Of a stretch of DNA of 64,000 nucleotides, positions 25,968 to 35,545 are shown in pieces; positions within the stretch are counted from its first letter, which is position 1, and each line of letters starts with the position of its first letter. The notes under the pieces are model-generated. The model was not told the origin of the DNA and searched no databases. It saw only the letters and a program-made list of their open reading frames with translations. The translations under genes and the position numbers were made by a program. Origin of the DNA: Verrucomicrobiota bacterium (lineage in GTDB: Bacteria; Verrucomicrobiota; Verrucomicrobiia; Limisphaerales; CANJSG01); assembly GCA_043775315.1 (NCBI GenBank), contig JAYVSO010000064.1:16140-80139 (forward strand), read 5' to 3'.

Positions 25968-28904
25968 ATGCCAATGAAACTCCTGCAGTCGCTTCTTCTT
26001 GCCGGTATCACGGCCTCGTCCGCCTTGGCGGCGGACTCCGGCCCCATCCGCGTCCTCTATCTCGGCAAGGAGGGATCCGATTCGACCAAGCATTGCCATG
26101 TGTTCATGCGCGAGATGGGCCGGGACGCGGTGTGGTTCGACTACACGGCGGATGCCTCGGTCGTGACGCCGGAATGGTTGGCCAAGTTCGACGCCGTCCT
26201 GCTCGACGCGCCCAAGGAAGATTTCAAGGCCCTGGCCGCCGCGCCCGCCGGCAAGGTTGTCAGCGTGGCCTTCGCCGGCGACGACAAGGCGTGGGGCGCG
26301 CCGACCTTCATCCAAGGCGTGCAGGCGAAGGTAGCCTCGGCCGTGGGCGAGGGCCGTGTGGCCAGCTGGAAGGCGTTCCTCGCCCAACGCGAGCCGGAGA
26401 AGCGCGAGGCCAATGGCAACATCGCCAACTATGAGCGGCGCCCCGAGGCGATCACCTTCCAGCAGCCGTTCGGAGTGAAGGGCAGCCGGGAACGCACGCA
26501 GGTGCCGGTGGACATGCGCCTGGAGCTCTTCGCGGCCGAGCCGGACATCGCCAAACCCATCGCCTTCTCGTGGGATGAGCGCGGCCGTCTGTGGGTCTGC
26601 GAGACCCGCGATTATCCCCACGACGTGCGGCCGACGGGGCTGGGGAATGATTCCATCAAGATCTGCGAGGACACGGACGGCGACGGCAAGGCGGACAAGT
26701 TCACCGTCTTCGCCGACAAGCTGAACATCCCGACGAGCCTCGTCTTCGTGAACGGCGGCGTGATCGTTTCGCAGCCGCCGCGCTTCCTTTTCCTCAAGGA
26801 TACAGACGGCGACGGCAAGGCCGACGTGCGGCAGGAAATCCTCCCCGGCTGGGGCATCGGCGACACGCACGCGCAGGCGAACAACCTGCATTACGGTTTG
26901 GACAACTGGCTCTACGGCTGCGTCGGCTACTCCGGCTTCAACGGCACGGTCGGCGGCAAACAACTTCGTTTTGCGCAGGGCACGTATCGTTTCAAGGCCG
27001 ACGGCAGTGCGCTCGAATTTCTCCACCAGTTCTCGAACAACTCGTGGGGCCAGAGCGAGAACGACGCGGGCGACCAGTTCGGCGGCACAGCCAACGGCGC
27101 GCCGATCTTCTATGGCGGCATCCCCGCCACGGCCGCGCCGACCGGCATCCGCGTCGCGAGCGCGCGCAAGATCAACGTCGAGGAGAAGGTCCACACCATC
27201 ACGCCGAACTTCCGGCAGGTGGACGTCATGGGCGGCTACACGGCGGCGGCGGGCAGCGCGTTCATCTACTCGGGGAACATGCCGGCGCGACTCCAGGGCA
27301 AGGCCATGGTCTGCGAGCCGACGATGAAGACCATTTCGCTCATGGATGTGCAGCCCAAGGGCGCCGGATACACCGCCAAGGACGGCTTCAACCTCGTCGC
27401 CAGCACCGACGAATGGATGTCGCCCGTCTTTTCCGAAGTCGGTCCGGACGGCGCGGTCTGGTTCGCCGACTGGCAGAACTTCATCATCCAGCACAATCCC
27501 ACGCCCAACGTGCAGCGCGGTGGCTACACCGCCAAGACCGGCGTGGGTGGCGCGCATGAAAACCCGCTCCGCGACCACGCCCGTGGACGCATCTACCGCG
27601 TCGTGTGGGACAAGGCCCGGAAGCCCGCCATCAGCTCGCTCAAGGACGCGGGCGTGGAAACGCTCGTGAAGGCGCTTTCGAGCGACGACCAGTTCTGGCG
27701 CTTGACCGCGCAGCGCCTGCTGGTCGACGGCCGGAAGACGGAGGCCGCCGGGTCGTTGAAGAACGTCGTCACCGCGACCAACGCCAATGTCGGCGCGGTC
27801 CACGCGCTGTGGACCCTGCACGGGCTCGGCCAGCTGGACGACAAGACGCACCTCGCCGGCTTGTTGGCCAAAGATTCGAGGATTCGCCGCGCCGCGACCC
27901 GGGCGCTCGGCAACGACGACAAGGCGAAGACCTTGTTCTTCAGTGCCGGCGTCGTGACGGACCCCGATCTCATCACCCGCTGCGCTGCCTTCGTGAAGCT
28001 CGGCGACTTCCTGACCTCGAAGGAGATCCAGAGCGTCGTGGCCAGCCTCGCGAAAAATCCCGTGAACCAATCCGACGAATGGCTGAGCGACGCCACGCGC
28101 CTGCTCGGCAAGAAGCACAAGACCGACGCCTACAAGGAAGGTCCGAACCTGCTGCCCAATCCGGGCTTTGAGATCGTGGGCGCGAACGGCCTGCCCGAAG
28201 GCTGGAAGCGGCGCGACTACGCCGGATTGCCGGGCAACGCCGGCGCGGAGTGGACCCTTGTGACCGGCCCGGGAAACCAGCATGGCGGCGAGCGCTCCCT
28301 GCGCTGCATCACGCGCGACAACGCCGACACCAGCCTCTACGCGGATGTGGAGCTGAAGCCGAACACCACCTACCGCCTCTCCGGCTGGGTGAAGGGGCAC
28401 GCCTTGCGCGGCAAGATCAGTTTCAACGACCACGTCGGCCGCGCCGAGACGGAGCGCGCACCGCGCGGGGACACCGACTGGACGCTCGTGGAAGTGGACT
28501 ACAACAGCGGCAACGCGACCAGGACGAGTATCAACATCCTCCATGTCGCCGTGGGCGACGGCTACTTCGACGACGTGAAGCTGTGCGAGCTCCTGCCCGA
28601 GAATGCACCCACCGGGGAGATCACCGGCGTGATCAAGCGCGGCGAGGACATTTTCCAAAACCACGTCGCGCGCTGCGTGCTCTGCCACATGCTCAAGGGA
28701 GAGGGCAGCACCGTGGGCCCCGCGCTCGACGGCATCGCCTCCCGCCAGACGGCGGCCTACATCCGCGAAAGCCTGCTCGAACCCAGTAAGGTTCTCGCGA
28801 AAGGCTTCGAGAACCTGGAAGCGTCGCCGATGCCGCCGATGGGCGACATCTTCAACGCACAGGAGATCGCCGACATCGAGGCGTTCCTCCAGACGCTGAA
28901 GTAG
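25968..28904 (+). CDS. PVC-type heme-binding CxxCH protein: ThuA-like N-domain + dehydrogenase domain + HEAT + CBM-like + cytochrome c
   Basis: Start ATG 25968/25974 gives signal MPMKLLQSLLLAGITASSALA. ThuA-like IRVLYLGKEG..FDAVLLDAP. Dehydrogenase opening MRLELFAAEPDIAKPIAFSWDERGRLWVCETRDYPH..EDTDGDGKADKF. CBM4/9-like NLLPNPGFEIVGANGLPEGW. Heme motif CVLCHMLKGEGSTVGPALDG. Confidence 0.85.
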   Translation: MPMKLLQSLLLAGITASSALAADSGPIRVLYLGKEGSDSTKHCHVFMREMGRDAVWFDYTADASVVTPEWLAKFDAVLLDAPKEDFKALAAAPAGKVVSVAFAGDDKAWGAPTFIQGVQAKVASAVGEGRVASWKAFLAQREPEKREANGNIANYERRPEAITFQQPFGVKGSRERTQVPVDMRLELFAAEPDIAKPIAFSWDERGRLWVCETRDYPHDVRPTGLGNDSIKICEDTDGDGKADKFTVFADKLNIPTSLVFVNGGVIVSQPPRFLFLKDTDGDGKADVRQEILPGWGIGDTHAQANNLHYGLDNWLYGCVGYSGFNGTVGGKQLRFAQGTYRFKADGSALEFLHQFSNNSWGQSENDAGDQFGGTANGAPIFYGGIPATAAPTGIRVASARKINVEEKVHTITPNFRQVDVMGGYTAAAGSAFIYSGNMPARLQGKAMVCEPTMKTISLMDVQPKGAGYTAKDGFNLVASTDEWMSPVFSEVGPDGAVWFADWQNFIIQHNPTPNVQRGGYTAKTGVGGAHENPLRDHARGRIYRVVWDKARKPAISSLKDAGVETLVKALSSDDQFWRLTAQRLLVDGRKTEAAGSLKNVVTATNANVGAVHALWTLHGLGQLDDKTHLAGLLAKDSRIRRAATRALGNDDKAKTLFFSAGVVTDPDLITRCAAFVKLGDFLTSKEIQSVVASLAKNPVNQSDEWLSDATRLLGKKHKTDAYKEGPNLLPNPGFEIVGANGLPEGWKRRDYAGLPGNAGAEWTLVTGPGNQHGGERSLRCITRDNADTSLYADVELKPNTTYRLSGWVKGHALRGKISFNDHVGRAETERAPRGDTDWTLVEVDYNSGNATRTSINILHVAVGDGYFDDVKLCELLPENAPTGEITGVIKRGEDIFQNHVARCVLCHMLKGEGSTVGPALDGIASRQTAAYIRESLLEPSKVLAKGFENLEASPMPPMGDIFNAQEIADIEAFLQTLK

Positions 28905-28964
28905 GGCTGCCCGCCCCGAATCCTGTTCGTGACTCGGTTGGACCGGAGGGCAACCCTCCGATCC

Positions 28965-29636
28965 ATGGGACAGATCATGCGTGAAGCCACCGTCGAAGAA
29001 TGGATCGAGTTCCTCTTCGCCCGCCCGGTGAGCGACCCGGCGTGGTATTGGGAAACCGACGCGGACCGTTGGGAAGGTTCTCCGGATCGAACGCTTGAAC
29101 TGCTGGCGGAAACGTTCGAGCGATCCGGCGAAGCGCTGGAGCCGTTCGATGACGAGCAGGTCAACCAAGGGCTTTGGATGATCGCCAGTCCATCGTGCTC
29201 GGACATCGCGCGGTCGCTGCTCGATGAAGCGGTTCCTTGGGATCTGCGGAAGCGCGCGCTGGAATCGATCTTCATCCTGTTCCGCGACTGTTTCGCCGTG
29301 CGCTGCTCGAACCATCTCGGACATCTGGACGAACTCGACAGCAACCCGCTGAACTCCGCCTGCTACATGTGGTGGGATGTTTTCCCACTGGTGCCCGAAC
29401 CCGCAAACCCAGCGCTGGCTGAACGCGACGACCTGATCCTCTCGATCATGGCCCGCACCCTGGAGCTTTCTTCAGCGGCCTGCCAGGAGGCCGCGCTGCA
29501 CGGACTCGGCGAGTGGGAACGCGCCTACCCGGAGCAAGTCCACGAAGTGATCGAACGTTTCATCTGGGCCAACCGGAAGATCCGCGCGCCGCTGCGCAAC
29601 TACGCCTACGCCGCCCGCCATGGCGACGTCCCCTGA
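28965..29636 (+). CDS. hypothetical acidic, Trp-rich cytoplasmic protein
   Basis: ORF in frame from GTG 28929. ATG 28965 or 28977 preferred because a ggaggg-caa-ccctcc hairpin (28945-28959) precedes them. No signal peptide and no recognised family. Confidence 0.55.
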   Translation: MGQIMREATVEEWIEFLFARPVSDPAWYWETDADRWEGSPDRTLELLAETFERSGEALEPFDDEQVNQGLWMIASPSCSDIARSLLDEAVPWDLRKRALESIFILFRDCFAVRCSNHLGHLDELDSNPLNSACYMWWDVFPLVPEPANPALAERDDLILSIMARTLELSSAACQEAALHGLGEWERAYPEQVHEVIERFIWANRKIRAPLRNYAYAARHGDVP

Positions 29637-29741
29637 TCTTCACTGACCGGATATTGCCAAATGGAGGCAAGCCACCGGCAAAATACGGTAAGTGCTCCCC
29701 GGTTCTAGCGCCGATGTTCTGCCCGACCCCAGTGGTCGGGA

Positions 29742-32351
29742 ATGGCGCAAATCGCAACCAGCACGGAATCGTTCGTTGAATCTACAGCCGCTCCGGCGGC
29801 TGTCTGTTTTCACTGCGGCACTCCCTGCGGGAACAAGGCGTCGATCCATGCCGGCAAAGCTTTCTGCTGCCAGGGCTGCCAGACGGTGTTCGAGGTGCTT
29901 TCGGAAAACGGCTTGGGCCAGTTCTACCAGCTCAACACCGCGTCCGGCGTGCGGATCGGCGACAAACCCGCGCAGGATTACACCTACCTCGACGAACCGT
30001 CGGTGCGTTCCCGATTGGTGGAGTTCAGCGACGGAAAAGTCGCGCGGGTTCGTTTCCACCTTCCGGCGATCCACTGCATCGGCTGCGTGTGGCTGCTGGA
30101 GAATCTCTTCAAACTTCGGCCCGGAATCGGCAAGTCGCAGGTCAGCTTCCCGCGCAAGGAGATCACCGTCAGCTTCGACGAAGGCGTCCTGAAGCTGAGT
30201 GAGATCGCGGCGCTGGTGGCATCGCTCGGTTATGAACCGGAGCTGCGTTTCTCCGATCTCGAAAAGCCCCCGGTCAATCCCGCGACCAGGCGTCTGTATC
30301 TTCGGCTTGGCGTTGCCGGTTTTGTCTTTGGCAACACGATGCTTTTCGCCATCTCGGGCTATCTCGGGCTCGATGTGTTCGATGGTCCGGCCTTCAAGGC
30401 GATGTTCGGCTGGATCAGCCTGATCCTCTCTGTTCCCGTGCTGGTCTACAGCGCGTCGGATTACTGGAAGACGGCGTGGATGAGTCTCCGGCAACGCCGT
30501 CTGACGCTGGATGTGCCGATCGCCACGGGCATCGCGGCGCTCTGGGGCCAGAGCACATGGGAGATCGTCAGCGGCCACGGCGAAGGCTACTTCGATTCGC
30601 TGGCGGGACTGCTCTTCTACCTGTTGCTCGGAAAACTGTTTCAACAGAAGACCTATGACCGGCTCGCGTTCGACCGTGATTACCGGGCTTTCTTCCCGCT
30701 TTCCGTCGTGCGGCTCGGATCAACCGAGGAACGGGTGGCGCTCAGCCAGATCCGGGTCGGTGATCGACTCGTCATCCGCAATGGCGAACTGGTTCCTGCC
30801 GATGCCCGCTTGATCCGGGGTGGCGCGGTCATCGACTACAGCTTCGTCACCGGGGAATCCGAGCCGGTGGAGAAAATCGAAGGCGACTACCTTTATGCCG
30901 GCGGCCGGCAGATGGCCGGGGCCGTCGAGATCGAGATGGTGAAGCCCGTGTCGCAGAGCTACCTGACGTCGCTGTGGAACCAGGAGGTCTTCCAGAAATC
31001 GAAGGAGAACATCTTCGGCACGCTGACCAACCGGCTGGCCCCGCGCTTCACGGCTGTCGTCATCGCCACCGCCGTCGGGGCCGCGGTCTACTGGGGATTC
31101 GTCGATCCGGCGAAGTCCCTCAAATCCTTCACCTCGGTTTTGATCGTGGCGTGTCCGTGCGCACTGGCGCTGGCGGCGCCGTTCGCCTTGGGAAACGCGC
31201 AACGTGTATTGGCCCGGAGGAACATCTTCCTTCGGAACGCCAACGTGCTCGAAACGCTGGCCCGCGTGGATTCCATCGTCTTCGACAAGACCGGGACGCT
31301 GACGACGGCCGGTGCAGGCGAGGTGACGTTCGTGGGCCGGGCGTCCTCGTCCGACCAGGTGAGCCTCGGGACAACCGACCACCAGCCACTCAGCCGCGCC
31401 GAAGAGCGGCGGGTGTTTTCACTGGCGGTCCAATCCACGCATCCCTTGTCCGTCCGCATCGCGGAATCAATGCGCGACCGTCAGGTCGCAGAACCGGTGA
31501 TCGCCTTCCTGGAAACCCCAGGGTGCGGGATTGAGGGCAGGGTGGGTGACTGCGAGATCAAGCTGGGTTCTGCCCTGTGGATTCTCGGTCCAGGCCACGC
31601 GGCATCGTCGAATCAAGGCAGCACGGTCCATATCCGGATTGACGGCGCTTACCGGGGTTGCTTCGCCGTGACCAGCACGCTTCGTCCGGAGGCGGAACAT
31701 CTCCTCAAGACTCTGGCGACCCAGTGCGAAGTCTCGCTCCTGAGCGGCGATAACGAGCGTGAACAGACCCGCTTCACGAGGATGTTCGGCCCGGACGCCA
31801 AGATCCGGTTCAACCAAAGTCCGCTCGACAAGCTGGGTTTCATCGGTCGGCTTCAGCAGTCCGGCAGGACCGTCATGATGGTTGGCGACGGATTGAACGA
31901 CGCCGGGGCCTTGAAGCAGAGCGACGTCGGGGTGGCCGTCGTCGAGAACATCGGCGCGTTCTCGCCCGCCAGCGACGTCATCATGGATGCCTCGCTGGTT
32001 CCGCTGACGCATGAACTGCTGCGCTACAGCCGCTCCACGGTCCGGATTGTCCGGGCCAGCTTCATCGTTTCCACACTCTACAACTTCATCGGTGTCGCGA
32101 TCGCCGCGACGGGCAATCTGTCGCCGATCGTGTGCGCGGTGTTGATGCCGCTGAGTTCCGTTTCGGTCGTGGCGTTCGCTTGCGGCCTGACAGCTTGGGC
32201 CGGCCGGCGCAGCGGTCTGAAACTCGCGCCGCTCCAATCGTTCTCGGCCTCGCACCGTCGTTCCGAGAAGGAGCGCGAGAACGAGAACGAGAAAAAGACT
32301 GGGGCAGCAATTGCCGGTCAGGGTCAGGCAATGGAGGTAAAGCCGGCATGA
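29742..32351 (+). CDS. ccoI: heavy-metal (Cu) translocating P1B-type ATPase, CcoI/FixI type
   Basis: N-terminal Cys-rich CFHCGTPC..AFCCQGCQTVFEVL. CPC motif VACPCALALAAP; DKTGTLT; GDGLNDAGAL. It sits immediately upstream of ccoS and ccoNO. Unusual charged C-terminal tail HRRSEKERENENEKK. Confidence 0.9.
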   Translation: MAQIATSTESFVESTAAPAAVCFHCGTPCGNKASIHAGKAFCCQGCQTVFEVLSENGLGQFYQLNTASGVRIGDKPAQDYTYLDEPSVRSRLVEFSDGKVARVRFHLPAIHCIGCVWLLENLFKLRPGIGKSQVSFPRKEITVSFDEGVLKLSEIAALVASLGYEPELRFSDLEKPPVNPATRRLYLRLGVAGFVFGNTMLFAISGYLGLDVFDGPAFKAMFGWISLILSVPVLVYSASDYWKTAWMSLRQRRLTLDVPIATGIAALWGQSTWEIVSGHGEGYFDSLAGLLFYLLLGKLFQQKTYDRLAFDRDYRAFFPLSVVRLGSTEERVALSQIRVGDRLVIRNGELVPADARLIRGGAVIDYSFVTGESEPVEKIEGDYLYAGGRQMAGAVEIEMVKPVSQSYLTSLWNQEVFQKSKENIFGTLTNRLAPRFTAVVIATAVGAAVYWGFVDPAKSLKSFTSVLIVACPCALALAAPFALGNAQRVLARRNIFLRNANVLETLARVDSIVFDKTGTLTTAGAGEVTFVGRASSSDQVSLGTTDHQPLSRAEERRVFSLAVQSTHPLSVRIAESMRDRQVAEPVIAFLETPGCGIEGRVGDCEIKLGSALWILGPGHAASSNQGSTVHIRIDGAYRGCFAVTSTLRPEAEHLLKTLATQCEVSLLSGDNEREQTRFTRMFGPDAKIRFNQSPLDKLGFIGRLQQSGRTVMMVGDGLNDAGALKQSDVGVAVVENIGAFSPASDVIMDASLVPLTHELLRYSRSTVRIVRASFIVSTLYNFIGVAIAATGNLSPIVCAVLMPLSSVSVVAFACGLTAWAGRRSGLKLAPLQSFSASHRRSEKERENENEKKTGAAIAGQGQAMEVKPA

Positions 32352-32527
32352 GCGTCATCCTTATCCTCATCCCCGTGAGCGTCGTGGTCGCCGCGTGTTT
32401 TCTGGCGGGCTTTATCTGGGCCGTCCGGAACGGGCAATACGAGGACACATGCACCCCCTCGATGCGGATGCTTGCGGACGACGCGCCGGTGAAAGAGCCG
32501 AAGCAGGATTTACAAAAAACTGAATGA
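32348..32527 (+). CDS. ccoS: cbb3-type cytochrome oxidase assembly protein CcoS
   Basis: 59 aa: MSVILILIPVSVVVAACFLAGFIWAVRNGQYED. The single TM plus G(Q)(Y/F)(D/E)D motif is characteristic. Its ATG overlaps the ccoI stop (ATGA at 32348-32351). Confidence 0.85.
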   Translation: MSVILILIPVSVVVAACFLAGFIWAVRNGQYEDTCTPSMRMLADDAPVKEPKQDLQKTE

Positions 32528-32543
32528 AACACGGAGCCTCAGA

Positions 32544-34703
32544 ATGAACGTAGAAACCTTCAAATACGACAATCGGATCGTCCGCGCGTTCGCGATCGCC
32601 ACAATTGTCTGGGGCCTCGTGGGCTTCTCGGCCGGACTCCTCATCGCGATTCAGCTCTTCTGGCCCGCGATGAACCTGAACCTGCAATACACGACGTTCG
32701 GCCGGCTTCGTCCGCTGCACACGAACGCCGTGATCTTTGCCTTCGTGGGCAATGCGATGTTCATGGGCATCTACTATTCGCTCCAAAGGCTCTGCAAGGC
32801 GCGGATGTTCAGCGACAAGTTCAGTTGGATCAATTTCTGGGGCTGGCAGGCGATCATCGTCTCCGCTGCGGTCACGCTTCCGCTCGGCCTGACCACCTCC
32901 AAGGAATACGCCGAACTTGAATGGCCCGTCGACATCGCCATCGCGCTCATCTGGGTGGCCTTCACGGTCAACCTGATGGGAACTATCTTCAAACGTCGCG
33001 AGAAGCATCTGTATGTGGCGATCTGGTTTTACATCGCCACCGCGCTGACCGTCGCGATGCTGCACATCGTCAACTCCATCTCCGTCCCGGCGAGCTTCTT
33101 CAAGAGCTACCCCATCTACGCCGGTGTGCAGGACGCGCTCGTGCAGTGGTGGTATGGGCACAACGCCGTAGCCTTCTTCCTGACGACGCCGTTCCTCGGC
33201 ATCATGTATTACTTCCTGCCCAAGGCGGCGAACCGTCCCGTGTTCAGCTACCGCCTTTCGATCATCCATTTCTGGGGCCTGATCTTCATCTACATCTGGG
33301 CCGGCCCGCATCACCTGCTTTACACGGCGCTGCCGGATTGGGCGCAATCGCTCGGCATGGTCTTCTCTGTGATGCTCGTGGCTCCAAGCTGGGGCGGCAT
33401 GTTGAACGGACTGCTCACCTTGCGGGGCGCGTGGCACAAGCTCCGTGAGGAGCCGATGCTGAAGTTCATGGTCGTGGCCCTCACGGCCTACGGCATGGCC
33501 ACGCTCGAAGGCCCGATGCTCGCGATCAAGAGCGTCAACAGCCTCTCGCACTACACCGACTGGACCATCGCCCACGTCCACACCGGCGCGCTCGGATGGA
33601 ACGGTTTCATCGCCTTTTCGATGCTCTACTGGCTCTTCCCCAGGATGTGGAACACGAAGCTCTATTCCATGAAGCTCGTGAACTGGCACTTCTGGCTCGG
33701 CCTGCTGGGCATGATGTTCTACGTGATCCCCATCTACTGGAGCGGCATTGCCCAGGGCCTGATGTGGAAGGAATTCACCGAGGACGGCTTCATGAAGTAT
33801 CCCAACTTCTTGGCCACCGTCCTCCAGCTTATCCCCATGTATAAGCTCCGCGCCATCGGCGGCACGCTCTACATCACAGGCGCGGTCATCATGACCTACA
33901 ACCTGTGGAAGACGGCCAAGAGCGGCGTCTTCGAGCCCGACACCGAAGCGCAGGCGGTTCCGCTCTCGGCCCAGTTGGAGCACGCCCACGAAGGCGCTGC
34001 CGCCCATGGCAAGACGGCCTTCTGGCACCGCTTCATCGAATCGAAGCCGCTCCTGATGGCCGCCCTTTCCCTCGTGGCTGTCGCCATCGGTGGATTGGTC
34101 GAGATCATTCCCATGTATCTGATCAAGGAGAACGTCCCGACCATCTCATCGGTGAAGCCCTACACGCCGCTCGAAGTCCTCGGCCGCGACATCTACATCC
34201 GTGAAGGCTGCGTCGGCTGCCATTCGCAGATGATCCGTCCCTTCCGGAGCGAGACCGAGCGCTACGGCGAATACTCCAAGGCCGGAGAATTCGTCTACGA
34301 CCATCCCTTCCTGTGGGGTTCCAAGCGCACCGGACCCGACCTTCACCGCATCGGCGGCAAGTATCCCGACGCGTGGCACTACAACCATATGGACGATCCC
34401 GGAACGACTTCCCCCGGCTCCATCATGCCGCGCTACTCCTGGCTACTGACGCAGAACATGGACACCAATTCGTTGCCGTCCCGCATCAAGGCGCTTCGCA
34501 AGGTCGGTGTTCCCTATCCCGTCGGCTATGAGAACGGCCAGGCCCAGAAGGACCTCGACGCCCAGGCCGCCAAGGTCGTCGAGAGCCTCAAGCAGGGCTC
34601 CATCAAGGGTAACCCGAGCAAGGAAATCATCGCGTTGACCGCCTACCTCCAGCGGCTCGGCACCGACATCAAGGGTTCGGAGGCGTCCACGGCGCAGAAG
34701 TGA
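32544..34703 (+). CDS. ccoNO: cbb3-type cytochrome c oxidase, fused subunits I and II (CcoNO)
   Basis: CcoN part: FGRLRPLHTNAVIFAFVGN, WYGHNAVAFFLT, HWTIAHVHTGALGW. C-terminal CcoO part: REGCVGCHSQMIRPF..HPFLWGSKRTGPDLHRIGGKYPDAWHYNHM. One continuous 719-aa ORF. Confidence 0.92.
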   Translation: MNVETFKYDNRIVRAFAIATIVWGLVGFSAGLLIAIQLFWPAMNLNLQYTTFGRLRPLHTNAVIFAFVGNAMFMGIYYSLQRLCKARMFSDKFSWINFWGWQAIIVSAAVTLPLGLTTSKEYAELEWPVDIAIALIWVAFTVNLMGTIFKRREKHLYVAIWFYIATALTVAMLHIVNSISVPASFFKSYPIYAGVQDALVQWWYGHNAVAFFLTTPFLGIMYYFLPKAANRPVFSYRLSIIHFWGLIFIYIWAGPHHLLYTALPDWAQSLGMVFSVMLVAPSWGGMLNGLLTLRGAWHKLREEPMLKFMVVALTAYGMATLEGPMLAIKSVNSLSHYTDWTIAHVHTGALGWNGFIAFSMLYWLFPRMWNTKLYSMKLVNWHFWLGLLGMMFYVIPIYWSGIAQGLMWKEFTEDGFMKYPNFLATVLQLIPMYKLRAIGGTLYITGAVIMTYNLWKTAKSGVFEPDTEAQAVPLSAQLEHAHEGAAAHGKTAFWHRFIESKPLLMAALSLVAVAIGGLVEIIPMYLIKENVPTISSVKPYTPLEVLGRDIYIREGCVGCHSQMIRPFRSETERYGEYSKAGEFVYDHPFLWGSKRTGPDLHRIGGKYPDAWHYNHMDDPGTTSPGSIMPRYSWLLTQNMDTNSLPSRIKALRKVGVPYPVGYENGQAQKDLDAQAAKVVESLKQGSIKGNPSKEIIALTAYLQRLGTDIKGSEASTAQK

Positions 34704-34711
34704 GGTTTACC

Positions 34712-34903
34712 ATGATCAAGAACGTCGTCAGCACACTCGGAGGCGTGGAGAACTTCGGCATCATCTCCATCTGCCTGTTCTTCACCGTCTTCATCGTCGC
34801 GGTCCTTTGGGCTGTGTTCCAGAGGAAGGCCCTCGTCCAACAGATGGAAATCCTCCCGCTCGATGGCGGCGAGGTGAAGAAAGGAGATTCCCGAAATGAG
34901 TAA
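34712..34903 (+). CDS. CcoQ/FixQ-like small membrane subunit
   Basis: 63-aa single-TM ORF (FGIISICLFFTVFIVAVLWAVF) between ccoNO and ccoP, overlapping the ccoP start. Assigned by position and topology only. Confidence 0.5.
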   Translation: MIKNVVSTLGGVENFGIISICLFFTVFIVAVLWAVFQRKALVQQMEILPLDGGEVKKGDSRNE

Positions 34904-35507
34904 CCCGAACGAACCCCAGGACCCGCTGCTGCTCGACCACGAGGCCGACGGCATCAAGGAGCTCGACAACAACCTGCCGCGCTGGTGGGTGTGGCTCTTC
35001 TACCTCACCATCGTCTACGCCATCGGCTACATGGGCTACTACCATGTCCTCAAGGCGGGCGACTTCAACAAACAAGGCGGCATCCAGCTCTCGGAATACA
35101 AGGCCGAGATGGCCGTGGGCGATGCCATCAAGGTCGCGGCCCAATCCAAGTTCGAGTCCAGCATCGCGACGCTTGAGCCTTCCAAGGATCAGGCCGTCCT
35201 GACCCAGGGCCTGCAAACATATACACTTTTGTGCGCTCCCTGCCACCGGCCCGACGGCGGTGGGCTCGTCGGTCCGAATCTCTGCGACGACTACTGGATC
35301 CACGGGCCGAAGTTCGCCGACAACCTGAAGGTCATCCTCAACGGCGTGCCGGACAAAGGCATGTTGTCCTGGAAGAGCCAGATCAAGCCGGCGGAAATCT
35401 ACGCCGTCGCGAGCTACATCCAGGGGTTCCGCGGAACCAAGCCGCCGGATCCCAAGCCGCCCGAGAACCAGGCCCCCGCCGTGCAGAAGCCGAACGCATT
35501 CGAGTGA
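34896..35507 (+). CDS. ccoP: cbb3-type cytochrome c oxidase subunit III (CcoP), monoheme form
   Basis: FixP N-terminal motif DHEADGIKELDNNLPRWWVWLFYLTIVYAIGY. A single CxxCH (CAPCH) followed by GPNLCDDYWIHG. Confidence 0.85.
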   Translation: MSNPNEPQDPLLLDHEADGIKELDNNLPRWWVWLFYLTIVYAIGYMGYYHVLKAGDFNKQGGIQLSEYKAEMAVGDAIKVAAQSKFESSIATLEPSKDQAVLTQGLQTYTLLCAPCHRPDGGGLVGPNLCDDYWIHGPKFADNLKVILNGVPDKGMLSWKSQIKPAEIYAVASYIQGFRGTKPPDPKPPENQAPAVQKPNAFE

Positions 35508-35545
35508 TCCGGATATCCGGCCTCGGCGTCTAGCCAGTCGTTTCA

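Noticed and set aside
25941-29324. 1127-aa minus-strand ORF opposite the third PVC gene
   Set aside because: Antisense shadow with no motifs. The plus strand encodes a coherent multidomain protein.
29637-29741. FNR/Anr box upstream of the cco cluster
   Set aside because: No TTGAT-N4-ATCAA is present. The only palindrome is TTGCC-N7-GGCAA (29654-29670), whose half-sites and spacing do not match FNR/CRP-family consensus. It is too weak to call as a regulatory site.
32412-34028. 538-aa minus-strand ORF opposite ccoNO
   Set aside because: It is antisense to an unmistakable heme-copper oxidase subunit.
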